A stretch of 64,000 bases of DNA, taken from positions 21,888,001-21,952,000 of the forward strand of contig CM075987.1 in assembly GCA_038087875.1 (NCBI GenBank). Reading direction: 5' to 3'. Source of the stretch: Malacoraja senta. Its lineage: Eukaryota. Below, in pieces: positions 11,352 through 23,689 of the stretch. Position 1 is the first letter of the stretch; each line of letters starts with the position of its first letter. A model generated the notes under the pieces. That model saw only the letters and a program-made list of their open reading frames with translations, was not told the origin of the DNA and did no database searches. The position numbers were made by a program, and so were the translations under genes.

Positions 11352-11960
11352 TTCAAAGGTGAAAGGTTTCAAAGGTCTTTTATTGTCACGTGTACCAATT
11401 AAGGTAAAGTGATATGAGAATTACCATACAGCCACGCCAAACAAGCAACAAGACACACAACTACATAAAAGTTAACATAAACATCCACCACAGCGGATTC
11501 CCCCACATTCCTCACTGTAATGGAAGGCAATAAAGTCTAATCTTCTTCCCTCATTTATCTCCCACTGTCGGGGCAGTCGAATCATCCGTCAGGGCGATCG
11601 AAGCTTCTGCAGCCGGCGGTCGAAGCCCCCGCGTCGGGGCGATTGAAGCTCCTGCTGCTTGGGGTTCCCGATGTCGGTCTCTAACCAGAGACTGTGAGCT
11701 CCACAATGTTAAAGTCCGCAGGCACCCTGTGGTTGGAGCTCAGAGGTCGATCCCCGGCAAAGGGATCGCGGGGTCCGTGGTGGTAAGTCCACAAGCACCC
11801 GCAGTGGAACTCTCGAAGTCGGTCTCCAGCAAAGGCCGCCAACTCCTTGATGTTAGGCCGCAGCGCGGACGGAGATAAGATAAAATCGCATCTCCGTCGA
11901 GGTAAGGGATTTGAAAAAGTTTCCCTCAACCCTCTCCCCCCACCCCACACATAAAACAAT
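11352..11960 (-). mobile_element. Unclassified CpG-rich retroposon with (TTTGAAACC)n-type tail
   Basis: Closely similar to 46468-46995; internal tandem units of CGTCGGGGCGRTCGAAGCYCC; the tail repeat reads AAAGGTTTC on the + strand. Confidence 0.7.
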
Positions 11961-13791
11961 CTAAAGAATATTTAATGAGATCGCAGTCGATCTGACTGTA
12001 AGCTTAAATTTGCATTTCTGTTTATCCCCTTCCTTATCAAGTATTGAACCATCTCTGCCTTAAAAATAAAATGGCCAAAGGGGCAGAGGTTTGCCTCCTT
12101 TAGTTAATGCAAATGCAGGCCTGAGGAGGCTTGCGAAGTGAAACTCAGTGCGACTTGCACGTTCAGTTCACGGTCCCTTATATATAAATTACTTTTATGC
12201 AAGTAACATCAAGCCATACACAGTAAGAAATGTGTGCATATCTCGTGGCTCTGTGTATACATGGCACTGGAGCTAAGGACAGGCTGAGAACATGAGCTAA
12301 GGCTAAGAACTAATTTGGCAAAATACATGATACATAAGGTCATAAGTGATAGGAGCAGAATTAGGCCATTCGGCCATCAAGTCTACACCATCATTCAATC
12401 ATGGCTGATCTACCCCTCCTTCCTAACCCCATAACTCTTGACACCTGTACTAATCAAGAATTTATCTATCTCTGCCTTAAAAACACGTATGAAGAACTTG
12501 ATCACAAAGAGTTCAGAATTGATATTAAATTCCTTCAGCACACACAAAATCACTGTGCCACCTATTTCTAGGCTCTGGTGCTCCTGCCATACAGAAACCC
12601 AGGACATTTTCAACTGCAATCTTTTCATAATTCATTGATAGGATGTGGGTTGATGGTGATGCTGTCCAATATCTAATTAATCCCTTAAGCAGTTTAATAT
12701 TTGTGAAGATGATTTACTTGTAATGAATTGCATGCACAACAATAACTCATTCCCTTTATCATGTATCTGTGCATTGTGGATGGCTCGATTGTAATCATGT
12801 ATAGTCTTTCCGCTGACTGACTAACACGCAACAATAGTGTACCTCGGTACACGTGCCAATAAACTAAACTCAAACAGCCTTAAGATAATAACCAGATGAT
12901 GTCGGAGAAGGATAAATATGTACTAGAGTTTTCATGGGAAAATGTGATGGGATAATTTGTACCCACATAAAGAGCGAATGAGGGTTTGGTTGAACGTGAC
13001 ATTCAAACAAATGATACTTTGAAGTTGAAAAAAAGTGCTGGAGGAACTCAGTGGATCAGGCAGCATCTGTGGAGGGAATGAACTGATGACATTTCAGGCT
13101 GGGACCCTTGTTCAGACTCAGTCCCTTCAGTACTTTGTTTATTGCTCGAGATTCCAGTATCTGCAGTTACTTGTTTTTTATTTTTTGAAAATATTTTTTA
13201 TTGGAGAAAAGTACACAACCTATTAACATCATTACAGTCTTACATTTTTAAATTGATAATATTATCAATTATTATTACATTGTCTCCAATACCTTTTGCC
13301 TTTTTTTATTTTTTTAAACTAGATAGAACTAAAAAGATAGATGAAGTACAGAAAGAAAAGAGTGAGAAGAAAAAAGAGAAAAGAGAAAACAAAAAAAAAA
13401 AAAAAATTAAAAAAAAACAAACAAAACAAAACAAAAGAAAAAGATGGTTAAAGAAGAATGGAAAAATTTATTAAAAATAAAAAACTTCATTCGAGATATA
13501 TTCGTACATTTCAGAGTATAGCATTTCATCCATTCTTTAGCCCGAGCATTAGTCAGGTTCCTGTGCTGAACCATTCTGACCCTTTAAATAATCAATAAAG
13601 GGAGACCATGTTCCAACGAATAATTCCTGTTTGTCCAACAGGGAAAATCTGATTCTTTCCACGTTTATCTGCAGTTACTTGTGTCGACACTTTGAAGTGA
13701 TGCTTCTCTCACTTTTGACTGGGTGCGTTACCCCTGGACCTTGCGCTCAGATCTCTGGAGAAGGACATAACCCAACGATCTTAGTGATGAG

Positions 13792-13966
13792 TAGACACAA
13801 GGAACTGCAGATGCTGAACACAAAGTGTAACTCAGTTGCACTTAACTCAGCGGGTTAGGCAGCATCCCTGGAGGTCATCGATAGACAGCGTTTCTGGTCG
13901 GGGCCCCGACCCAAAATATGCCACCCAGAGAGGCTGCCTGGCTCGCTGAGTTACTCCAGCACTAAG
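13792..13966. mobile_element. Palindromic Penelope-pLTR-derived short element
   Basis: 11-bp TSD TTAGTGATGAG at 13781-13791 and 13967-13977. Confidence 0.78.
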
Positions 13967-14723
13967 TTAGTGATGAGAGTTTGCTATGCACTGAGTCATA
14001 ACTGACACGTTTAGAGACAGAATGTGAGGTGGGAACATGGAGAGGGAAGTGAAGCATTGGAGCAAATTACAGAACAGAGGGCAGGAGTAAAGAGTAGCAA
14101 CTTTACTGAAGGGCAGTAATGATGAGTGAGTGAGAGTGAAGGGCCGAGGGAGGGAGCAGTGGTGAGGTGGGGGAGTCGTCCTATTGATAATTAGCTCCTT
14201 ATGGCAGGGCTGGATTCTGTAAGATAAAGAGCATTTAACAGACTCTAAGATGACGCTCAGGAAAACTTTGCATTTTGCTCATTTGTTAATCAAAGTTGGG
14301 CTGACAAGAGGATTGTTTTTCATTTTAAATGAGCTCTTTTGATAAGCAAGAAACTGGTTCAGTTGGCTGGTTGAGATTTCTTACAAGTTTGAAGATATTT
14401 TTTGTCAATTTGCCAATATGTTTTCCTCCCCATTTTTTCCCCCTTTTTTGTTCAAAGTGCGTGACCAACCAGCAGGGATCAATTTCCTGGCTACCAATCA
14501 TTTCTGCTAGGAGTGGGATTAACCAGGCTTCTATTTTTGGCTGTAAAACACACTACCAACCAACTCAATCCTTGATCCACACCACTTCCTATCAAAGTGG
14601 GGAGCACAGCGTTTGACTGCAATGTCCGAGTCATCAAATAAGTAGCCAAATTCACCCTAAACCTAGAATGAGGGGAATGAAGGAGAGTTGTATTCCCACA
14701 AATATTGGGGTATAATCACATTG

Positions 14724-15020
14724 GGGGTCACAGTGGCGCAACTGGTAGGGCTGCTGTCTCCCAGTGCAGAGACTTGGGTTTGATCCTGACCTTGAGTGCT
14801 GTCTGTGTGGAGTTTGCACGTGCTCCCTGCGGGCTCGTGGATTTTCTCCAGGTGCTCCAGCTCCCTCCCACATCCCAAAGATGTGCAGGTTTGTAGGTTA
14901 ATCGGCCTCTGGGTGTGTAGGCAATGAATGTGAAAGTGGGATAACATAGAACTTGTGTGAACAGGATCAATGGTAGGTATGGCCTCGGTGGGCCAAAGTG
15001 CTTGTTTCATGCTGTATGAC
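14724..15020 (+). mobile_element. tRNA-derived SINE (HE1/V-SINE type)
   Basis: Same head, core and tail as the 9295-9606 copy, more diverged. Confidence 0.82.
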
Positions 15021-15147
15021 TTGAATCAATCTTTCAATCAATAAATTAATCCTTAAAGACGCTAAATGGCTTTTAACCCAATAGACAATAGGTGCAGGAG
15101 TAGGCCATTCGCCCTTTGAGCCAGCACCTACCATTCAATGTGATCAT

Positions 15148-15395
15148 TAGAGATTAGAGATTAGAGATTAGAGATTCCTTTATTTGTCATTCAGACTTTC
15201 GGTCTGAACGAAATGTCGTTGCCTGCAGTCATACAAATAATAATAAATGACAAAACACAACAATAAACACAAATTAACATCCCCACAGTGAGATAACCAG
15301 GCACCTCCTCACTGTGATGGAGGCAAAAGTCTTAAAGTCTCTGTCTCTTCCCGCTTTGTCTCCCTCTGCACTGAGGCGATCCAGGCTTCTGATGC
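15148..15395 (-). mobile_element. Truncated retroposon with (ATTAGAG)n tail nested in a CR1 fragment
   Basis: TGTGATCAT duplicated at 15139-15147 and 15396-15404; shares CTCCTCACTGTGATGGA..GGCAAAA with the 11352/46468 family. Confidence 0.7.
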
Positions 15396-15712
15396 TGTGA
15401 TCATGGCTGATCATCCCAATCAGTACCCGTTCTTGCCTTCCCCCATTATCCCTGGCTCCGTTATCTTTAAGAGTCCTATCTAGCTCAGGATACATCGAGC
15501 CCCAAGCAGCGTACGTACCATGATACTGGATTTCTCCAACCCTTATCTGTATGTAAATACTGATAACTGCACTTTAACATACAGTATATAGTCTGCCTCA
15601 GTGAACATATTTTGGCAATTTACTCCATATCTTTATTTCCCCAGTGGTGCAAAATCTTTCCTCCTTCTCACTTCTAACTCTTCGATTCTTAACTCAGCTT
15701 TGGGATTTTAAT

Positions 15713-15888
15713 GTGTAGGAAGGAACTGCAGATGCTGGTTTAAACCGAAGATATACACAAAAAGCTGGAGTAACTCAGCAGTACAGGCAGCATCTCTGGA
15801 GAAGGGTCTCGTCCCGAAACATCACCCAATTCCTCCTCTCCAGAGATGCTGCCTATCCCGCTGAGTCACTCCAGCTTTTGGTGTCTAT
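15713..15888. mobile_element. Palindromic Penelope-pLTR-derived short element
   Basis: 15-bp TSD CTTTGGGATT(T/A)TAAT at 15698-15712 and 15889-15903. Confidence 0.8.
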
Positions 15889-18800
15889 CTTTGGGATTAT
15901 AATAATTGGGTGTTTTTAAAGCATAGATTGATAGGTTCTTGATTAATCAGAGTGTCAAGGGTTACAGGGAGAAGGCAGGAGAATGGTGTTGAAAGGGAAA
16001 AATATAACAGCCATGATCGAATGGCAGAGCAGACTTGATGGGCTGAATGGCCAAATTCTGCTTCCATGTCTTATGGCCTTATTATAATGATTTGCCAAGA
16101 TCAATATTGCCATTCCAGTAATAACCTGGAAAAATTATTGTATCCTTTTTCCAAAAAGAAACCATGAGCATCTCTCTCTTGACTATTAGCCAACACATTA
16201 GATGTCAGCTGCGGCTGTTTGGAAGCTTTTGTAATGTTTGCTGAGGATCTCTGCTCAGTCATTTTGAAACTGTGTTAGCTTTCTGGAGGGAAGAACTAAA
16301 CATAACTAACATATCAGGCTTCCATTATCCCTGGTGCCTGCTTTGTTATTTAATAAACATAGCCTGGCCTACTTCTTGTGCTTACCTTTATAACCCTTGA
16401 TTTCCTCCATATTCCAAACATCTATCATAGAGTTTAAAGTCATACAGCATGGAAACTGGCCTTCGGCCCAACTTACTATGCTGACCAAGATGTCCCATCT
16501 AAAGCTAGTCCTTTTGCTGGTATTTGACCCATATCCCTCTTATCCATGTTATTATCTTACCCATATCTTATCCATGTTACCTGTCCAAGTGTCTTTTAAA
16601 TGCTGTTATATTACCTGGCTCAACTATTTCCTGTGGCAGCTTGTACCATCCCTCCCCTGAGTGAAAAAGGTTGCCCCACAGTGTCCTATCTTTCAATCTC
16701 AGTCTTGACTATTTTCATTGACTGAATGGTCAAATCACCCCAGGATAGAGAATTCCAAAGGTTCACGACCCAGGAGGGTAGTGGGGATGGGGTAGGTGGG
16801 TGTATGGGTTGGTGGAGGAGGGAAGGGGATGCAGGAACACATTTTGCATGTTAAAGAAACCACTTCTTATTTTATTCATGATTGGCCGACCTTAATTCCG
16901 AGACTGCAATTACTCATTTTCGAGTTTCCGACAGGGAGGAAGCAGCTTCTCTTTATCAACCTCGCCAGGACTGAGAATCATTGCATTTTGGTGTGATCCC
17001 TCCTCACTATTCTAAACCTCGGAAAATATGGACCAATTATGCCCCCAAATTTTCACTTCTTTAATTCATTTGCAGAATATTGGCTCTGCTGGCAAACTGG
17101 TATTTTAATAATATGTGGTTTGTTTATTCGAGTTAAGTTTGAGTTTACTTTATTGTCACATTTTACCGAGGTACGGTTGAAAAGCTTTTGTTGCGTGCTA
17201 ACCAGGTGGCGGAGAGACAATGCGTGATTACATCGAGAGATCCACAGTGCCTGTATGGGTAGAGGTTTAAAATAGTGGAGCCGGTTGTAACGCGCGATTG
17301 CAGATCTACTTCTGTGACTAGCACACAAAGAGTCATAGAGTGATAGAGTGATACAGTATGGAAACAGGCCCTTCGGCCCAACTTGCCCACACACTTGGGC
17401 ACCACCTTGGTGCTCTCCCTCAGACGGAAAACCTTTGTCTTCCCAGGGATTGCCCAAATTAGGAAATATTTCAAAATCAATGGGTTCAAATGTAATTTGA
17501 ACCTATAGGAAATGTGCTTTTGGTTTTGACTGCCAGTAAGGACTCTATATTTTCGGTAGAAGAGACATATCCTCCAGACCAGTGACAACAGAGCCTGGCA
17601 GTTGGTAGTGAGGCAGTGTTTGATAAAGTTTATCAGTCGGCTCCAGAATTGGGCTGTGCTCTCCCTGACCTCAGCCCAGAGGCCCTGACCTTGTGAGTGC
17701 GGGAGTTTCAGAATTTAGTCATACTTTGATTGTGTAAATTTTAATTAATAATGGTGACTTTTGCGGCCGGGAGCCAATGCTCAGGAACCCAAGGAAGCAC
17801 TTCCAGCGCAAATTCATTGATGGTTTGATGTCATGATAGGTTGCATTGAACCTGGAAGATTGAAGGGAGTGTGGGAGGAATAATCAAAGTGCTTAATATG
17901 CTGGGAAAAATAATTTTCCTCTCAAAGAGGAGTACAGATCGGTAACTTCCACTGGGTTCTAGTCTATTCGATCTCACTTCATTGGAAAATCCAGTCCAAT
18001 GAGAATTTCAAATTCATAGTTCTTGGAGAATTAGGCCATTCGGCCCATCAAGTTTACTCTGCCATTCAATCATGGCTGATCTATCTTTCCCACACATCCC
18101 CATTTTTTCTGCCTTCGCCCCATAACCCGACACCCTTGTAAATCAAGAATTTGCTGCATTTCCTCGCATGCAAGCACATCCTTCCTTAGGTAAGGGGATT
18201 AAAAATGTACACAAAATTGCAGGTATGGTTCACTGAGGCCCTGTATAATTGAAGGCTTCTTTGCACTTTTCTACGCTTATTGCAGTAACACTAATATAAT
18301 ATATGCCTTGTGATTGTTTCTGTCCACACAGGTCTCTCTGATAATCAATATCTTCTGGGCTTTTACCACCTGATGTCAACAGAAAGGAAAATGCCACTTG
18401 GGCTTAGAGAAAGAAATGATCTATTTGACAAACAACCTTTTAAATCTCAGCAGTGTAAATGTAGGGATAATGTTTCTCTGTCTGGGAATCGGGGGTGATG
18501 GTCTCACTAAAAGGAGTTGACCATTGAAAATGGGGATGTAAAGAAATCTCTCCAAAACCAAGGGGTTGAATCTTTGAAGTTCTCTCCCCAGGAAGATTTT
18601 GTAGCATTAGACACTGGGTATATTAAAGACAAAAATTGATAGAATTTTTAAGGGATCAAGCGATATGAAGTTCATGCAGAAGAGTGGTCAAAGATCAGCC
18701 ACCATCTTACTGAATGGCAGAGTGGGTGTGTGTGGTACAAAGGGTGACTCCTGCTTCAATCCTTCCTGTTCGTATTTGCTTAGAAACAAAAATTAGCAGT

Positions 18801-20033
18801 GGACTGATGTTTATGTCTGTTTTTTAAGGACAATTACTACTCAGTGGCAGGCTTTAATCTGACATTCTGATTTCTTGAGGCTATGTTCTTCCTTGTGTGA
18901 ATCTGCCCAGTCATGGGGTCTCACTGCACTGGTCTGATAAAAGTCCTGTGGTTAATATGCCATCCATCACACTTTAATCAACGGATTGCACCCCACCCTC
19001 CTCTTCCATGCTTATTCTGGACCTGACTACGGCATCCTGACTGTGGGTACAAGCAGGGGGGGGGGGGATAGGGGGGGAGGATTACTGAAGCCCAGGTTGC
19101 GTTTACGAAATGTGAACTACAGTGAAAAATGTTTCCTAAACCCAAATTTCCTCTCAAATAACTTGCGCCTATTTCTATCCCACCCTGAAAGGCACGCAAT
19201 GCACGGACTATCAATCAATCCAGGAGCCAGACTTACGAGGCATCATCAATCAATCCTCCATGCTCTGCTAGAAATGCAGAAGGAACATACGCACAGTCCA
19301 GAAATAAATGACAGCCCTGCCTTCACTTTCCGACTCCTTGCTTGAGAGATAACGCTGAATTCTACACAACGCATATAATCAGGGATGGTGCAGCAATCTT
19401 TAAAAATCCCAAATTGTTCTTATGTTTAACCCAAAACAAATATAGTTTAAGAATCATCGTTTATTTTAGAAAAAGCATTTTGTCATGCTGAGAAGTTTTT
19501 GCCTGGGATCTAAGCATCTTCACTTTCTCAGAGCAGCAACGTTTAATTATCAGTGGTGGGTCAGTGATGCTCTCAGCGAAAGGACAAGGGCCTCAAAGAG
19601 TTTATCGATCATTTGTTACTGCACCGGGGTGTAGCCTAGTCTGAGGGGGCTACTAGACCTGCTGCACACTTTGAACACAAAGTCTAAGCCAACATCAAAG
19701 TCAAAGTCTACCACATTATGGTACGGAGGCAGTGTTAGTCTGAGGAGATAATAAACCATAGTCCTAACTGCCCTCCAAGGAGTTTGCCTGGACGCCTCAG
19801 ACAGTATTTATCTTTCAATTGTCGATGCTTAAAAAAAAGATTTGGTTGCCACATTTCTGAATTTACAATAGAATTTAAAAATCATTCAAGCAACATGCTT
19901 TGGAATGATTCTGAAAGGCTATTGTAGGGGATAAGTCTATTTTTACAGTACAATTAACCAACTAGGAAATCAAAGGAGCAAAAGAGAAGAGAAAATCAAA
20001 ATATCTCAGCAGTGCCTGTGTTGATAGTGATTC

Positions 20034-20237
20034 CTGTAGAAACAGGGAACTGCAGAATCTGGTTTACAAAAAAGACACAACGTGCTGGAGTAACACAGCG
20101 GGTCAGGCAGCACCTCCAGAGAATACGGATAGGTGACATTTCGTGTCGGGAGCCTTCTTCAGAATAGAGTCACCTATCCATGTTCTTCAGAGATGCCGCC
20201 CAACCTACTGAGTTACTCTGGCCTTTTATGTCTTGTT
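20034..20237. mobile_element. Palindromic Penelope-pLTR-derived short element
   Basis: 13-bp TSD TTGATAGTGATTC at 20021-20033 and 20238-20250. Confidence 0.8.
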
Positions 20238-22820
20238 TTGATAGTGATTCTTGCTACAATCAGAAGCAGTGAGTTCAAATAGCCCTCAAAAGTCCAGGGA
20301 TCAGAAGTCTCGGGAGACACCATTTGGAGATTTAGAAGATTATTCACACCATTAGTTCTAATTTTCTGTTCTCCGTCAGCTCTGCAGAAGTAGATAATCC
20401 AGTCATTATTTACACAGTGGTATGGGGAACTTTGGGTACAAATTTGCTGTGACATTCTCACATTACCACTGCACATTACCATTACCACTCAGATGGCTGT
20501 AAAGAACTTTGGAATTTCAAGAACAGCTTCTTCAGGCTCTTGAACACTACACAACACTAACCTCAACAACTATGAACTTGTATGGACTGTGTCTTTGGTT
20601 ACACTACCTACTTCGGTTATTCTGCATAAGTATTACAGCTGAATGTTTTGGATTATATTTATCTGTTTACAGTCCATTTAAGCTGCTGCAAGTAAGAATT
20701 CCATTGTTCTGTTCGCAATATATATCACAATTAAATATTCTTCAAAAAATTAATGATGGTGCAATGGTTTGATGGTGCAATGGGTCCCTCTGCTGGGCAG
20801 AGAAGAGGTTGCCCTTAAATAATAACTACTGAAATTAGTGACACCAATTATATTTGTACATTCTTGTTGCTACTGTTTCAAAGCTACCTCTCACTATTTT
20901 CTGATAGCACTGGGCTGAAATAATTTTACTGTTTCCTATTACTTCTTGAAATAAGATATCGATTGCTCCACATAAGTAAATTTGCCAAACTTCCTAAATG
21001 TACCTGGCCCTTTTTCAACAAGTAACATTGGGTTCAGTTAGAGCATATTGGCCTTCGCCATTTATTTTAATAACCTACACTAAATAACATCTCCAGATTC
21101 AATCTGAAGAAAGGTCTCAAAAAGTCACCTATCCATGTTTTTCTCCAGGGATGTTGCCCGGCCCGCTGAGTTACACCAGTATTTTGTGTCTTCCCTTAGT
21201 AAATCAGCATCTGCAGCTGCTTATTTCTACATTGTTCCATTTTGACAGATTTGATTTGTGACACATTCTACAGGGACTATGTTTGCTCATGTTCAAGTCT
21301 GCAACTGTTACAATTAATTATGAGCTTCACACATTCACCTCATTAATACCATCATATAATCACTTGACAATCCCAACGACTATGTCATTGTAACCTTCTG
21401 CCCTGCTATCCTTGCCGACATGTATTGTACACGTGCTCATTGGGTTCTTTATCTGATACAAGTGAGATATGAAAACCTGGTCACGTTAATAATTTATTCA
21501 AAGGGCTTGTCACGGACAATCTCTGGAGCAATCTGCACACATTGTTCCAGTCCAGAGGGCAGTCACTGGATGAATTATATCAGGGATGGATATTGAGGAC
21601 AATCTAAATGTCATAAGGTGGATTGTTTTAGCCCTAATTTAAGCTTCCTTTTCCCTCTGTTGCCTTCTAGCCAAAGGTGACAAGGTTGGAAAGCTAATGT
21701 TAAATTTTGCCAATGAAGAAGGGATGCATCCAGTACTCATGTCAACATGACCTTTAACCTAACATGTAGCAGAGCAGAATTTCTGTTAGGTAATTTGTTC
21801 ATGTAGACAACACCATTTTCCTCTGGTTCACCGATGCCATACAAAATTTAAAGTGCTCTGCCCTTGATTTCCAAAAATATACAATATCGAACGACAATTT
21901 GCATTTCTAATATATATTTAATGTAGTAAAGCTTTAAATTCTCTCTTTTTGATAAGCTTTAGTTATGAGAAGCAATTCTCCTAATGTCAAAAGTTTGACA
22001 ACAAAATAAAAGGATTGATGAAGAGTTTTGACCTAAAACGCTGCATATTCGTTTCCCCGCACGGATGCTGCTAAACCTGCTGAGTTCCTCTAGCAGATCA
22101 CAAAATACTGGCGTAGTTGCAGCAGGACGGGCAGCATCTCTGGAGCGAAGGAATACGTGACATTTTGTGTCAAGACCCTGAAGAAGGTGACTGAAAGCAC
22201 GAACAGGTTACTAGTTCTGGAAGATCAGCTGTGATCATATTGAATGGTGGTGCTGGCTCGAAGGGCAGAATGGCCTACTCCCGCACCTATTTTCCAATGT
22301 TTCTATGTCCTGCTGAGTTACTCCAGCATTTTGTGTCTATCTTTGGTTTAAACCAACAGATTGGTTGTTGCCTCAGTTTGCAGCATCTGCAGTCTCTTAG
22401 AGTCATAGAGTGATACAGTGTGGAAACAGGCACTTTGGCCCAACTTGCCCAGCTACACTAGTCCCACCTGCCAGCATTTGGTCCATATCCCCCCAAACCT
22501 GTCCTTTCCATGTACTCATCTAACTGTTTCTTAAATTTTGGCAAAGTCCTTGCCTCAACTACCTCCTCTGGCATCTTGTTCCATACATCCACCACCTTTT
22601 GTGTGAAAAAGTTACCCCTCAGATTCTTTTCCCCGTCACCTTAACCCTATGTCCCCTGGTCCTCGATTCACCACAATTCACCTCGATTCCTCTTGTGCCT
22701 CTATTCTTTGTAATATAGCCAATTGTGAAACAATGTTAGAAAATGTAGATAGACACAAAAAAAGAATAGAATAGAAATAGTGGAATCTATTCAAATATTT
22801 GAGATTGCATGCTCTTTGTA

Positions 22821-22865
22821 CCCTCCCTCCCCCTCCCCCTCCCCCTCCCCCTCCCCCTCCCCCCT
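22821..22865. repeat. (CCCCCT)n tandem repeat, G-quadruplex-prone on the minus strand
   Basis: About 7 direct units next to the promoter. Confidence 0.9.
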
Positions 22866-22904
22866 GACAGGCTGAAGAAGGGATGGTCACCTGTCAGTCT
22901 CTCA

Positions 22905-23240
22905 CCTGCAGGGGGGCGGGGATAACAGCGCAACCTCGGGATGATTGGTCCATCAACCTGCCAATCACATACTTCTCCAACGACTGCCCGCCTTAAACAA
23001 TGACGTCAAACGAATCGTTCCCGCTCTGGACTCTCAACCAAACCTACCTGCGGGAAGATCCCGCCTCCGCAGCGCCGCTATTGGCCTCGTCCCCTTCCCC
23101 CTCCAGCGCACTGGTGAATCGGGCCGTCAATCCGCACGGCTTCCGGCCAGCAGGTTAGGTTTCGAAGTCGTCCTCTACTGCCATGACAAGAGAGGGGAGC
23201 AGTCAGGGTCGGTGAGTGAAAAACAGGAGACGTCGGCTGT
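22905..23240. promoter_or_regulatory. CpG-rich promoter region, probable MIGA2 promoter, possibly bidirectional
   Basis: Non-repeat CpG cluster. GC box GGGGCGGGG 22913-22921; CCAAT boxes 22944-22948 (rev), 22961-22965, 23080-23084 (rev); CRE TGACGTCA 23001-23008; ETS-like CTTCCGG 23140-23146. Outward-facing splice donors lie on both strands. Confidence 0.75.
23110..23211 (+). other. MIGA2: Putative first (5'UTR) exon of MIGA2; 5' end uncertain
   Basis: Strong donor G|GTGAGT at 23211/23212 just downstream of the promoter motifs. Confidence 0.6.
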
Positions 23241-23689
23241 AGATTAGCTGTGAAAATGATTCCGATTGCCAATAAAAAATAATTTGCATTTAAAATGATC
23301 TATTGAAATCTTCCCCTTTTAAGGTAGATCTTCCCATTCCACAGACATAGGAGTAGATTTGGGTAGCAACTCGTCAATTTAAATATTAATATACGAGTCA
23401 TTTATTAGCAGGGTGAAATGCCTCTTGATTTTTGTGCTGGAATTTGGTCTGAGTTTTATGTTCTGTTAAAATGGGAGGTGGTTGTGATAAAATAGTGACT
23501 TATTCTTTCTTGTCTAGTGGTTGGTAGCTTTGAGAGAGGTTGATCTGTCCTTTGGTGTGAAGTTCACTGCTTTGTATGCTTTGAGTGTTCTGTCCACACT
23601 GCCATTTACCTCGTTGAACCTTCACATTTGCAATTTTTTAGATCAACTGCTTAAAAATAGAAATCTAGAAACTAACTCCAGATTCTAGG

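Noticed and set aside
19965..20360. Protein-like + strand frames around the 20034-20237 insertion
   Set aside because: All frames stop within about 30 codons even after removing the insertion; no homology recognised.
22906..22953. SH3GLB2 first exon, expected from human synteny
   Set aside because: The peptide MDQSSRGCAVIPAPLQ does not match the endophilin B2 N-terminus (MDFNMKKLASDAG..) and no BAR-domain exons were found.
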